DNA of 64,000 nucleotides from NCBI GenBank assembly GCA_029953675.1, contig JAMWBK010000003.1, positions 682,001 through 746,000 of the forward strand. The letters are read 5' to 3'. This stretch comes from Rhodosorus marinus CCMP1338. Taxonomy: Eukaryota > Plantae > Rhodophyta. Made by a program: the position numbers and the translations under genes. Position 1 is the stretch's first letter. Each line of letters starts with the position of its first letter. The notes under the pieces are model-generated. The model ran no database searches. It was not told where the DNA came from and worked only from the letters and a program-made list of their open reading frames with translations. This document shows, in pieces, positions 12,986 through 26,153 of the stretch.

Positions 12986-15042
12986 ATGGCAGAGTTGTTG
13001 ACGGATACGAAGGAGGTTCGTGAGAGCATAAGGGAGCTGCTGTTCACCGAGTGTAGCGAGGAGGTTCAAGAGGATCTGCTGGGATGGGAGGAGCTTGATT
13101 CTTATGCCGAGGAGCTTTGCAGTTTTGGGGTGGAGCGACTATCGAGAGAGCCGGACGTGCTCGCGGGGGAGTATAGCAGAATACAAAAACAGCTGCAGGA
13201 TGTTGCGTGTAGTAATTATAGGGCTTTGATAGACTCATTTGAGAGTTCAGGAGCGGTGAGAATTAGCTCAGATCGCAAGAAATTGGCTGATCCTTATCGA
13301 TCTACATATCGCTGAACTGGTGCTGCTTGTTCTCCGGTCCTCTCTCTCAAGGTACGGGATGGTGTCTCTGATGTCAAAATACATCTCAAAAGTCTGTTGG
13401 AAACAGCCCCCAAACTGTCAGATACAGTAAGACGTTTTAGTAGGGACGCCACGGAGGCGGAATCCCATAGACAAGCAAAGGTTGGCTCTTCTCCTTCTTC
13501 TGATCCTTCATCGTTAAGCCTTCCTTCAGGACGCTTAAGGAGTTTGCTTTTCGTTCTGCCCTTCTGTCCATATCCTGGGGTTACCTCGCAGTTGAAAATT
13601 TTGAACGAGTACCCACGAATATTGGAAACTTTAGAAATACCACAGCTGATGCTGTCGTTAGTGCGTTCGGAGCTCCACGATGAAGCGCTCGAGTTGATGG
13701 CATATACGAGAAAGCTTTCCAGGAACTACCCTCACGTTCTGGAAATCCAAAAAGTTGTTTCCGAGGTGGATGAAATTACGACCATCATGGTGAACCAGCT
13801 GCTGATGTTGTTGAGATCTTCTATCCAACTTCCTATGTGCCTTAGGGTCGTCTCTTATCTCAGAAGGTAGGATACAGTTTCACGTACTCTTGTGTTTAGT
13901 TTTCGCGGTTGATGTTGATGAGTTTCTGCTCCCGTACCACGGTGGAGTACAGGGTTCAATACTATAATGAGGAAGGCATTCGCCGAGTTTTCCTCCAGTA
14001 CCGTGGGAATTGGATGAGATCAGCCTTGCAGTCAACAGCAGCACCCAGTGCACAAGGGCTCCTGGAAAGAGTGTCAGATGATACCCGCGCAATGATTTTC
14101 GAGATTGCGACGCAGTATAGAGCAGTTTTCTTGGACGAGCACGACGGACAACATGATACCGGTCTGTCAATCTTACACGATTGGATTGCACAGAGCATTG
14201 AAAACTACATATCAACGGTATGCTGCTCCTCGAGCAGATTTCTTTACTTTTCAGACTAGGCGGTCACCGCTGCCTCGTCTCGGACGGCTGACGGGGTGGT
14301 CTTGGCTGTTCCGTTGATCAGGTTGAGTCGGCTTTGAAGGATATAAAGGACGGTGCAGGATTGGCAACGGTTTTGCAGCAGTCAATGTATTGCGGACAAA
14401 GTCTCGGTCGGGTAGGCGCAGATTTTCGTCCTCTACTGGGCCCATTGTTCGAGAATGCGGTGGAGCGCATCTATACCAGCTCTCTAGAAGTGGCTCTGCA
14501 GAGATTCAGAGCTATGACCTCCGATTACAATTGGCCCAATAAGGGCAATTCAACTCAAGTTGCGGAGACGAACAGGCGTTTCGAGGCGAACGGTGGCCAA
14601 CTCTCCCCGCCCTTGGAAATCCTCGAACATTCTCCGCTTGCGGTGTTCACCAACGGTCTTCTAGCTGCTCACAATGAGCTTCGATTCTGCTGTCCCCTAT
14701 CGTTGGAAAGGGTAACACTGTTCAAGCATCCATCGAGGTAGCCGTTCCGTTCCGTCAAACGCCTAAACTTTCTCTCTGCACTATGTTCCTTTTGCTTAGA
14801 GGCTATCGAAGATTCTCGAGACTACTTTACTTGGATGCGTGCAAGTGATGCGCGATGTTGGAGGTGAAAATGGGCTATTCCTCAGCGAGGAAGAATCCGT
14901 TTCATTTGCGGATATGGTTAAAATTTACAAAGATTCCGCGGCACCGTATACAGTTAGGTGTCTAGAAAAATGTCTAGGCCAAAAGTCTAGCGCAGATCTT
15001 GACTTGGTGGTTAAGGATGCGGAGTCTCTTCTCCCAAACTGA
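12986..15042 (+). CDS. COG8: Conserved oligomeric Golgi complex subunit 8 (Dor1 family), multi-exon
   Basis: YAEELCSFGVERLSREPDVL, DVACSNYRALI, ILETLEIPQLMLSLVRSELHDEALEL, IQLPMCLRVVSYLRR, FEIATQYRAVF, QSMYCGQSLGRVGADFR and PPLEILEHSPLAVFTNGLLAAHNELR. Confidence 0.85.
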
Positions 15043-15175
15043 ACATAAAAACGTAAATCCTCGGAATGAGGTTCGTGTAAAGCACCAGTTCCGCCAGTGG
15101 GGTCCGGTTCAACTCCTCTGACCTTCCCAGACCAGCGGGAAGAACTTGCAAAACAAAGTTGTCCATCTCTGGGAA

Positions 15176-16249
15176 TCAAGTAGCGATCCTCGGCTTCAAA
15201 GCATTGAGCACTTCATCCTTTTCAGCTCTTGTGGAAAGAAGCACAATGTCCGTTGGGGTCTTCCCTGAGCTATCCACAGCATCTACTGAAGCTCCGGCCT
15301 CCACGAGCGACTCAATGACGTCTGGAACTCCATAGGAAGCTCCGTACATTGCAGCCAAGTGCAGCGCAGTCTCTCCGTTCTCGTTTCGATTCTCCAAAAT
15401 CACATTCTCGTCAGCGACCAGAATACCAATAACATCATCCCTCCCCCAGCGGCATGCCTCATGCAGGGCTGTCCAGCCAGCTTTGTTCTTCTCGTTGACT
15501 CTTGCTCCTCGTTCTATGAGCATCTCGACGACGTCCTCAAACCCCCCACGAGCAGCACAGATAAGAGGTGTATCCCCACCTTCATCCCTGATTGCCAAGC
15601 TTCCACCAGCGTCGATGAAAAGCTCACATAATTCAATGCTTCCCATGTACGCGGCGCTCAGTAGAGGTGTTGCTCCTGTACTGGAAGTCATGTTCACGTC
15701 TGCCCCAGCGTCCAGAAGCAACTGCGCAACCTCCACATCACCAGAGTTCGTTGCTTCGTGCAAAGGAGCCGCGCCGAGCACGTGACGAACGTTGACGGAT
15801 GAGCCAGAATCAAGCAGTAGCTTGGTGATACGTGAACTACCAGCCTTGGCCGCCCAGTGAAGGGGCGTCCAGCCGACCGAGTTTTGCTCGTTGACACCCT
15901 CGCCTTCGTCTAGCCATGATAGAAGGGCGTTCACAACCGGCTCACTCTGCCAGTGACTCGCGTGATGCAGGCTGGTAGATCCTTTGTCATTCCTTGCCAT
16001 CAGATCTGCTCCTTTTCCATGAAGCAGCTTCACCACCTCCAAGTCGCCAACCCGAGAACCCCACATCAACGCCGTCCATCCCTCCTCATCCCGCTCGTCC
16101 ACATCCACTCCACTCTCAATCAACTCACGAACATCATTAACCCGTCCCTCCTTCGCGGCCTCATGAATCTCCGCACGGCGACACACTCTCGCACCATTCA
16201 GTGCCCTACTCGTACCTCCAACCCCAATCACAAACCCCAACCCTCCCAT
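15176..16249 (-). CDS. Ankyrin-repeat protein (9 repeats) with a probable plastid transit peptide, intronless
   Basis: First ATG at 16249 (MGGLGFVIGVGGTSRALNGARVCRRA), followed by nine G-x-T-[AP]-L-H-type repeats (e.g. WTPLHWAAKAG, DTPLICAARGG, ETALHLAAMYG). Confidence 0.9.
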   Translation of the reverse strand: MGGLGFVIGVGGTSRALNGARVCRRAEIHEAAKEGRVNDVRELIESGVDVDERDEEGWTALMWGSRVGDLEVVKLLHGKGADLMARNDKGSTSLHHASHWQSEPVVNALLSWLDEGEGVNEQNSVGWTPLHWAAKAGSSRITKLLLDSGSSVNVRHVLGAAPLHEATNSGDVEVAQLLLDAGADVNMTSSTGATPLLSAAYMGSIELCELFIDAGGSLAIRDEGGDTPLICAARGGFEDVVEMLIERGARVNEKNKAGWTALHEACRWGRDDVIGILVADENVILENRNENGETALHLAAMYGASYGVPDVIESLVEAGASVDAVDSSGKTPTDIVLLSTRAEKDEVLNALKPRIAT

Positions 16250-16527
16250 CACTCCAAAACAGCCCCCCCTACCCCACACCCCTCCCACTACCCTAAAAAA
16301 AACACAACAAAATCCTCTATACAGACTCTGTCTCTCCGAAAAAGTGAACAGAAAAGGAACCCAGAGACCATTTCTGACATCCTCTATCGCTCAAGCCAAC
16401 AGTACTGCACCGGCCTGAGCAATGCCTACCATTGACTAATCCTCGAGATCGCCATCCACATAGCGGACCACCGCGTCCGTGACCAACAAAAAAAAAACCA
16501 ATCTCCGAGATTAAGAAATATATATAG

Positions 16528-16702
16528 CCAATAAATGAATACCATACATATTTATAACCAATAAAAACACTATAACGTACCTAATTCACAATATGCACTT
16601 CAAATAATTTTAGTATTGACTTCAATACACCAATTAAAGAACGTTTTTTGTTGTTACTACCAATTAATTTGCATAGGTTGTTAGTTCGTCAATTAAGCCA
16701 AT
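16528..16702. promoter_or_regulatory. Cluster of five CCAAT boxes in the bidirectional AT-rich island between the ankyrin gene and LIG1
   Basis: CCAAT at 16528, 16558, 16630, 16660 and 16698. Confidence 0.5.
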
Positions 16703-17418
16703 AGATAGCTGTTATAAAGAAACCCATCTATTTTTATTTTATATTTTATATTCCATAAAGTGGCCGATCTGCCATCCGTTTTTTTCAGTTAAAACGATGT
16801 AGAATATCGGTGGGCTTATTTTTGTCATCTATTTACTTCAGAATTTGAAAACGAAGAAGGATGCGACTTTCTCAGTTTAGAATTTTCCATTTTAGCAGTT
16901 GTATTTAACGAATTGTTTCTTGACATTTGTTTTAAAATCCAATAATAAATTCTCCCGCGTGAAAATAGGAACCGATGAGATACTCAATCATGTCGAATGT
17001 CGGGTTGGAGTTCAGAGAGGTTTGCCGGTGGGTGGGGAGAAAGGGAGGAAGACGGGCCATCAAGGTTCTCTTTTCTGATCTTGAAGGTGTTTCATTAGAT
17101 GCTTTAGATAGAGAAAAGAGGCATTGCTCGCAGAGATACGGAATCGACCATGGCGTTTGTTGTCTTTTTCCGGTGCGGGTGAACTAGAGCTCTTGGCGAA
17201 GGAGGGGTTTGACTGGATCGGGCAGTTTGAATCTGCTATTAGGTTTTTGGTTGCGTTCTTCTGAGAGAGACGTACCCTGTAGCGAAGGACTAGTTCCGTG
17301 TTGGCCTCTTTCAAAAAGCGTTCACTGATAGTTTCTGGAGTTTACGGATTGGTGTCATTGAGCGGCCTGGCGGGACTGGTGGAATGGACTGCTGTTTACT
17401 AGAGGATTTTAGACAAAA

Positions 17419-20400
17419 ATGACAAAGGTACAAGCTACGATATCGAGCTTCTGGTCTAAAGGATCTGAGAAGAAAGCTAAACCAAGGACAGATGGCGGCG
17501 GTGAAGGAGTTGCGGATGCGACCGAGCCGAAGCGAGCAAGAAAGGAGAATGTACAGAGTTCGAACTCAGTTGAGGTCATGGATAGGGAGGCCGACGTAAA
17601 GGTACCGAAAACAGACGCGGGGACTGTTCAGGACGATGCAGAAGCGAAGAAAGTTGAGGTTGAAAAGGAAACTACTACTGAAGAACGTGCCACAAAGAAG
17701 AAAGCCGTGGCCGTCCGGAAACTCACCAGCGAGACGGGGGAGAAGTCTAAAAATGCAGAAGGTGAGAACCAAGTCCCTTCGTTGTTAACGGGCTGCTGTA
17801 TCTCATGCGCTTGCTTCTCCAATTTGCTCAGCTGAGACATCAACAGATAAAGCTTCCGGTGCAACCTGGAAGGCGGGTCAGCCAGTTCCGTATCAGTTCC
17901 TGGCCGTCGGCTTTGGAAAAGTCGAAAGCATCACGGGAAGGCTGGAAATCACAGACATTTTGAGAAGAATGTTTCAAACGATAGTCGAGACTACACCAGA
18001 GGATCTTCTACCAGCTGTGTACATTTGTGTGAACAAGCTGGGCGCTCCCCAAGAGGTATGTGTCTTCGCTCTGCAGTTTCCGCTGTCACGAAAAATCCCT
18101 TTGTCAAGAAAGAGCAGGATGGAACTGAAACCTGCGCACTGTCTACTCTCAGGGCCTCGAAATAGGTGTCGGAGAAGGTATACTGATCAAGGCGTTGTCC
18201 CACACTTGTGGCAAGTCTGTGAACGCCTTGAAGGATGAATTCAGAAAAGTCGGTGATCTCGGGGACCTGGCAGCCAGCATGAAAGCAAGCCAGAGGACTG
18301 TTTTCAAACCAGCCCCATTGACAGTTCGCAGTGTCTTCAAGGAGTTTAAGGTTGGTCTTAACTTCAATTTCTATTGACAAAGGCACCGTTGCTGAAAAAT
18401 ACGCCCCCGAAACGTTTCACCCTAACGGCGTATTGAATCCAACCCCTAGGCGATAGCGAAATCATCTGGAAGGTCGGCTATGGATGAGAAGCGAGCACGC
18501 ATACAGAAGCTTTTGGTATGTCAGAATTGCCGGTGCACTGCGCCAGAGTGAACGAGAATCCAGAGCTCATTGTTCGCTCCAAAATTTGCTAGGTGGCGAG
18601 TGAGGGAGCGGAGACCAAGTACCTAGCACGAGCCTTCCAGGGAAAACTGAGGATTCACATTGCAGACAAGAGCATACTTGCTGCGCTTGCGGAAAGCTTT
18701 CCCAGGCCTGAAGAGACGGTGGAGAGAGGTAGGAGCCGTTCTGTCTTCAGTGTTCTTGGAGGCGGTCGACGCCACGAGCGAGCAAGGTCTCAATTCGAAT
18801 TGCTCAATTATTTTCCTCGAAACCAATCGTGGTTGGCGTGCACTATCGGACGTAGTTGGGTCGGACATGAGCGCGGCTTCGCTTCTAACACACGCCTACA
18901 ATCAACATCCTGTCTGGGACACAATGCTTAACTACCTTCTGAATAATCGAGTCGTTGACAGTGGCATTCTGGATGCGTGTAAGTTGACTACGGGTGTACC
19001 AATCAGCCCAATGCTGGCCAAACCGACGAAGGTAAGGGCGAACAGGTTGATGTCAAAATCGAATCTTGCGTAGCTTGTTTTTAGGACTGCGTCCGTTGTC
19101 GGTTGATCGAAAAGCACGTAGCGCTACCGTTGTGCATGTCTGTATATGTAGTTGAATTCCGGTCTGGTGTATGAATCATGTTCACTCACAGGGTATTGAC
19201 GAAGTTGTTGAGAAGTTCTCAGACCAGCCTTTTACCTGCGAATACAAGTACGATGGGGAGAGGGCGCAGATCCACCATCTGGCGGATGGATCGATTCAAA
19301 TTTATTCCAGGTAAGAACACCTTCGACAGATTTCGACTCATTAGCTTAAGGGGCGAAGACTGACCATGTCCTGTGCCTGGTACTATGTTGCTTTTGTTCA
19401 TGCTTAAAGGAACGCCGAAAACCAATCAGAAAAGTATCCAGATGTGAAGCTGGCGATGAAGGATGTGCTTGGACCAGACTATAGCAACTCTGAGTACATT
19501 CTGGATGCGGAGGTTGTGGCAATTAACCCACAGACGAATCATATCTTGCCCTTTCAGTCACTACAAACGAGAGCTAGGCGCGACGTTTCTGTTGCAGAGG
19601 TGAAAGTAGCTGTTTGCGTATTTGCATTCGATTTGCTGTACTTTGATAAGCCACTCATACACGACCCGCTTAAGCAGAGAAGAGAGAAACTCCGGGCTTG
19701 CTTCGTAGAGAAGGAGCCCGTTTTTACCTTTGCAAAGGGCTGCGATATGAACGACCCCGGCGAGATCACCGATTATCTCCATGAGAGCGTCAAGGGAGGG
19801 TGCGAAGGGTTGATGGTGAAGCAGCTTCTTGGGCCAGCTGCAACCTACGAACCTGCGAACAGGTCACAGAACTGGCTGAAGGTAAAGAAAGATTACCTGG
19901 AGGGGCTCACCGATTCCCTGGACCTTGTTCCCATTGCAGGGTACTATGGGAAGGGCAAGCGCACCGGAGTCTTTGGCGCATTTCTTTTGGCATGCTACAA
20001 TCCAGAGTCAGAACAGTACGAGGTAAGGATAAAAACGAAGCTTCGGGGATGGAGTTTTTAAGTTGTTCTGACGTCCGTCTACGTTCCCACCGGTTGCTGC
20101 AGACTACTTGCAAGATTGGAACGGGTTTCTCAGAGGCGCAGCTAACTGAGTTCAGCGAGTTCTACAACGAAAAAGACAGGATTATTGGAGGAAGAAAGTC
20201 GTACTATGTATTCTCGGGAAGCACATCCCTGGAGCCAGATGTCTGGTTCGAAGAGAGTCAAGTATGGGAAGTTCGTTGTGCTGACCTCACCGTATCCCCC
20301 GCGCACACCGCAGCGATAGTAGGCAACTCTCAATCGAATTTCTCCGAACATATCGCATATCTTTGCGAGCTCACAATCTTTCACCACACGTCGTACGCTA

Positions 20401-20533
20401 TCAGGGTAGCGTCGATCCGGAGAAAGGCATTAGCCTTCGCTTTCCCCGCTTCCTCAGGATTCGACCTGATCGCGAGCCGCAGAACGCTTCGAGCTCTGAG
20501 CAGATCATGGAGATGTACCTAGCCCAACCATGA
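17419..20533 (+). CDS. LIG1: ATP-dependent DNA ligase I, multi-exon
   Basis: N-terminal PIP box QATISSFW, active-site CEYKYDGERAQIH, YILDAEVVA, FAFDLLY, EGLMVK, WLKVKKDY, DLVPIAGYYGKGKR, CKIGTGFS and ISLRFPRFLRIRPD; stop at 20531-20533. Confidence 0.95.
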
Positions 20534-21811
20534 GCGGGGCCTGATGTGTTTCTCGAACTGGTGTAATGCTGCACGCACCTTCCAGTCGTGGTTGCGAAAC
20601 AGAAATCATCGACATTGAACCATACGGCGTAGCATCGCAGGAGCATCCCTGGCTCATCGAAACTTCAGTTGAATTCGCCTGTGTTGTGCGCGACCGAACT
20701 TGCGGACCTTGGATCTGAAACCATTGCTTCCCTGCACTTTGAAGAACACGATGACCCACCCTATCGCAAGACAACAAGATATCACAACGAACACGAAAGT
20801 GCGTCACTGTACCGCAAGGTGTTCATGTACCCGTTCAAACAGAAACTGTCTCACGCTTGGCAGAGGAAAACAACACATGTTTTCGAGGTCACGAGCGCAA
20901 AGAAGCCAATGGAGAGAAGACTGTGGGAGTGTAGCCGTCCAGATATATATATGAGGGGAAAAGCAGCGATCACGGGATACATCTTTGTGTACGCCAACAA
21001 CGCTGAGGGCTATAATATCGTGCCATGAGGTTTTGCAGCATAATGCGAACTGAGAAACATCTACGGAACTACTCAGCGAGGATTTTTTTATGGCCTCGAC
21101 GGGTCTCCCAGAACCAGCTCGGCTGACAGAAACCCTGAAGGCCCAATAGAAGGCCGATCAATGTGATGAGAATCCTTGCCTTTATTCGGGACAAACGACC
21201 TCCTGGGCGATTCTCATCTGGCTACCAGTAGAGACTCTTTCAATTCTTGCGCCTTCTCCTACACTCTTTTTCTCTTGCTTCCCTAGTAAAGATGCGAATC
21301 CCTTCATATATCTCTTTCTTGTAGCTTACTCCGAGAACCAAGGCGTTGGAAAATTCTACCCTCCCCTGAAACGACCCACTTGTTCCGAGGGCTGAATCCA
21401 AAAATGCTGTGCATGATAACACTAAAAGTAGTCGAAGGCAATCATGAACACGTCATTTTCTTTCTTCTAGTCGAACACCAACTACACCAGAGGTCAACCC
21501 ATCCAAAAACCGGATTGCCGCTCTGTCCCGCCTCGATACCAAAACCCTAAGAAGAGGTCGGGACAAAAACAGCATTAAGTTTTTAAGATGTTTTGGGGGT
21601 TATTATAAGATGGGACAAGAATATTTCGCATGTGGGTGAAGAGGGCTTTGGTATGGCATCAGCTTTGGGAAGGAAGACGAGTGTGGTATCTTAGAGGAAT
21701 CAGACTGGCTCATCCCTCTGCTGGCAATAATTAGATTATCCATACGTGATATCATTGTTTGTTTGTTTTGGTTTTGTTGTGTGACTCTTGGTTTGAAATT
21801 TAAGGATAGCG

Positions 21812-23300
21812 ATGGCTGCTGTTGAATCAGATACGATGCACAGGAATGTACGGTTGAGAGAGAAGTGTGAGATCTTGGATGCTTGTGAGGGTTTTAGAGG
21901 TTCTGGCTGATGGTATGGCAGCTTTCGTTCGGTCGTAGGTTGTTTCGAGATTGAGAGAGGTTCCGAGTGGTGTCTGGGGCGGAGCTGCGCTGGTGTTTCT
22001 CCTTTCCATTTTTGCGAGCTTGCCGCTTGGACTCGGTGAAGTATTTCAGCAGTTGTTCTGCCTAATTCCTGCGAAGTGAGCCCCCAAAAAAGCCCAGTAT
22101 AGTTTGTTCTTTTGTTTTTCTGACGATCAAGGTCTTGTACACCTACAGAACGGTGGGAAACTTTCACGTTTGGAACCCGTTTACTGGACTATTCGTCGAG
22201 ACAAACGCGATCGCGGTGAGTGAAATCAAGTCTGTGGATAGGAAAAAGACTTTCATGGGCACGCTCTGAATCGTCTCCTGACCTTGATCAAGAGCAGGGT
22301 CTGCTTGTTGCCAGCACCTTCCTGGTTGCTGGCAAGTGGCTGGAACCGGCGTGGGGGCAGAGAGAACTCATCAGATTCATCTTGATCATGAACGGAACAG
22401 TTGGGTATACGACTTTCTTCCTCTACTCTGGGGCATGCTTGATTACTCAAAAACCCAACATTTGGTGAGATCTGCTCAGAAAGCCACAGTCGCACGAAGC
22501 AAGGTTGCCGTCTCGCAAACTGAATCCTTTTTGCATGCTCGTGACGCAGTTTTGCACTAATCTCCGGGTGCATCGGGTTGGTGACGGCCTCCACAGTGGC
22601 GCTAAAGCAGCTGATTCCCGAAAACCAGATCAAGCTCTTCCGCTCCTACAACATCAAAGCCAAACATCTCACCGCTATCGTAGTTACCAGCACACTCGTC
22701 CTCTGTGTAGTTGGACTTTTGGGAGTTTACAAGCTTATCATGAGCCTACTCGGGGCTTACTACGGCTGGTTGTACCTGAGATTCTTCCAAGTTAGAGATA
22801 AGGGCATTGGCGACCAGAACAGCGCGTTTTCTTTTCAGTCGTTCTTCCCAAGACAGATTCAGTAAGGGGGTGCTTCAGTGTGCGGCTTCGTCGCCCTCCC
22901 CTCCTTCTGACAAGCCATGCTGCTGTGGTTGTGATTCTCTCTTAACAGGCCGTTTATAGGGTCAGTGTCGACAAGAGTCTACAAGACCTTCACGCCAATT
23001 GTAGCCAGAGTGCATCAAAGTGTACCTACCTCGGTGGATGAAGAGGATCCATCCGCAACTCCCAATGTATCAGAGGACGATCTTGAGAGACGAAGGTGAG
23101 TGGACGGTCCACACCGGGAGGATGTGGGTCCGCAGATGATCGTTTTCTTTCTACCAGACTATCGGATTGTTTTACTCCTTCCTGATCGAAACTCATGTCC
23201 AACTTCTTCCAACAGGCAAATCGCAATGAAAGCTCTCAATGAGAGATTACAAGCCAACATTGGGGACGAACCTACTGAGGAGAGACAAACGGATGACTAG
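21812..23300 (+). CDS. TMEM115: TMEM115/DUF1751 Golgi membrane protein (rhomboid-like 19), multi-exon
   Basis: GKWLEPAWGQRELIRFI, VALKQLIPENQI, YYGWLYLRFFQ, IGDQNSAFSFQSFFP and DLERRR|QIAMKALNERL. The first exon and start are inferred from GT-AG splicing. Confidence 0.8.
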
Positions 23301-23790
23301 GTCTAGGTTGTCAACCAAGTCAGCAAGCTTATCAACCGCTTCCGATCACGGGCTTCGTGTTCTAGTTGGTTTCCGAGGATGGGCTCCTACCTAAACACCT
23401 TTTTTTGTCGTTGAAGATCCGGAGTGATGCTGTATCAAAAGCTGGAGAGCTGCGCGTTTGGTGACCGACGTAGCTACTTGTTTTGTATAATCGTTTTCTT
23501 TTTTTGGTTTAACAAGGAGATGGAATCCAGCCGTCTGCTCCAGGCCGCGTTGCAAAGAACCTTGATTGTTTGGGAGGCCTGAACGAACTGGTGGTTCTTC
23601 AATCTTCAAAGTCCGCTCAGTGCCCGGTGGGCTTGCGATCGTCTTGCATGTGAGGGGCCACCCCAGTAAGTGGTGTTTGCCAGATTGCTTTGGTGCGGTA
23701 TGAGGGCAACCAATAGGGTACCATCTCGACTGAGGAGTTGGAGTTTGAGGGTCTAGCGTGTAGACAATATACCGATTTGTTTTTTTGCTT

Positions 23791-24892
23791 TTAGTCCTTC
23801 TTGAGCTCAAATTCTTCCAATTGGATTCCGTCCTTTGTGATCTTGTAAATCTGCAGCGTATCTCCAACTGTGATTTCTCTCTCAGCTGCAGACGTGAAAG
23901 CATCCTTCATTAGGTCCGTGGCCTGTTCAAGACTCAAGTTTGGCTTCCCTGCACCATCCCAGCTCTGTGCCCAGTCAACCTGTGCCGAGGGGAAAAAGAA
24001 TGTTTGAGAACAAAAGGAAAGGCTTGATGAGCAACCCCTTGAAACAGTGGAAGCAAGGGGATATTCATACCTGGTTGTCAAACACCGGCTGCATTAGTTT
24101 CGTTCCAGCGCCATTGCAAACGATCTTTCTCTGTTCAAAGGATCCAATCGCATCATATCCACACACCCAGCCTTCACCTATTTCATTCAAAGAGCAAACA
24201 CAAGGTCAAGTCAGGAAGCCATGATGATACATGTAGTGGAGGCTCAAGGGCGGTCTACCTTTGTCATCCAATCCAGCGACAATGTTGAATGTGTAATACG
24301 GGAAGAACCTCTTGTAATAAAGGACTGTGGAAAGCATCTGCGAAACCGCGTTAAAAGTCATCCGTTTGTTGTTATCGTGCTCATACATTCGCATTCGCGT
24401 GGAGATGACTTTGTGAAGCGCACACGTGTCCGCCTGCATTCCAGCTGTCCCCAGCATGACCTTATCATTTCTAAAAACGGAATGAAAGAGAATCGATTAT
24501 CGGATCATTAGAATCCAATGCTCATAAGAGATTTCTAAAAAACCGTATCTTGGCTGTATCGTCGTACATCTTCAAAACTCTCGATATTTTCCGCGTGGGA
24601 ATGGAATACCCAAGCGTGAACCTAGTATCTGCAGCAACTATGACATAGTCGTCCCCGGCAATTGACGCAACGGTGCTAACATTTGAAAGAAAGAAAGAGC
24701 AAGTATCACAGTCAACGCCAAGTAACGACAAGACAAGTGCAGCCTCACCCACGGGCGAAGAAAAGCAAGCGTCAAAAAACACAACGGTCAAACAACTCAC
24801 CCTCCATTATCTTGATACGGATTAAACTGCGGCACCTGCTTTGTTCCATTGGCGCTTCCAGGCTCTAAAACCGGAGTTCCAAAGTCCATCAT
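23791..24892 (-). CDS. PSMB1: 20S proteasome subunit beta-6 (PSMB1/PBF1/Pre7), multi-exon
   Basis: FNPYQDNGG|TVASIAGDDYVIVAADTR, LSTVLYYKRFFPYY, YDAIGSFE, QPVFDNQ and KDAFTSAAEREITVGD...ELKKD*. Confidence 0.92.
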
Positions 24893-26153
24893 CTTACTCG
24901 AATCCCCCACGAAAAATCCCAACCCTCGTCTTCAATCCACACCCAGCACTTCAACACCGGCCCCGATCAAACACCTTCCTCACGCCACACAGAGATCCTT
25001 CAGTCTAGTTCTATATATCAATCCGTTCTTCTCCTCAACAAAAAAAAAAGGCAACCTCAAAATGAAGTTATCGAGATGCCAACCAGACCAACAGCTTCCA
25101 GTCGTCTTCTTCAACAAGACCAATCTGCAAACACATTCACGTCATCCAAAAACGCCGAACTCTGAAATCGTCGAGTTTAGATCGAAAAACGCAGATTTGG
25201 TTTCTAACAGCACCTTCGTTTTTAATATTGTTTTCAATGGTTTGCCTATTTTCTCTCCATTTCTCCCCCTGGACAGCCTGTCTTTTAGGTGGTTGGAGCT
25301 GAGAGCTGTGTTGGAATCCATCGATCTACTTCAGAGGAGAGCGATAGGACGGTGCTGAGAATGCTTATGAGATAGGATAAACATATCCGTCTGGAGGCCC
25401 CATCTACCTTTATTTTCGAGAAGCGTGGATTGACTAGTTACACCAAGTACGTTGGGAGTGCGACCCCTCTGAACTTCTGGAATGTAGTTGGACCTCTCCC
25501 CCCCACCATAGAGCGTTAGCTGTTTGAAGAGCATGAGCTGAGAATTGGAAAGGCAAAGGACGCATCTTTCTAGAGTCCGCTTCAGCCTTGGAGACTGCAC
25601 CGAAGCTCCACCACGCAGCGTGGTGCTTTTATGGTGGAACGCATTGAGCTGTAGGAGCTTATTATGGAATTCATCCAAGCGAGTAGTGAGCGCAAAACCC
25701 CCCACACATGTGAATTTATCGTCCGCGGTCTGTCGATACCAGCCATCGTCGTGTGTGCGCTCGATTTTTGGATCATGCTCCAAAGGGAGCAGATTTGTCA
25801 GCTTAGGAGTAGGGACCCTGCCTCGTCGAAGCAGATGTAGAATCTACGAAAAAAGCCTCGCAGCTACATGCAGTTCTTACTGGAAGGGGATGTTCCCTTC
25901 ATCGAACGAGAAACTTGGGTGCTCCGATCGTACACGCGTGGGCATTGTGATACGTTCAAGACTCAGAAGTCAGCAGTCTACGGAGTTCAAGAAGTAGAAA
26001 CTTCTGTGGCAAATGAAGCACGGACCTCCACTGTTGAACGCTCCTTTTGGGTGGTATTTCATCAACGGTATTGGACAACATGATAGAGAATTGGTTACAG
26101 GAGTCACTTTAATGTATCTAACAGGGTGGATCTCTCTCGATGAACAGGCAATT

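Noticed and set aside
15095-15125. tRNA T-loop-like GGTTCAACTCC
   Set aside because: The T-stem does not pair beyond 2 bp, and no D-arm or acceptor stem could be built.
16975-17419. Upstream ATGs including MAFVVFFRCG* (17150), suggesting an organelle-targeted LIG1 isoform
   Set aside because: An in-frame TAG lies at 17410, and no simple GT-AG splice put the MAFV peptide in frame with LIG1. RNA-seq would be needed to revive the idea.
20633-21028. Open frame directly after LIG1
   Set aside because: It has no early ATG, no promoter island and no recognisable motif.
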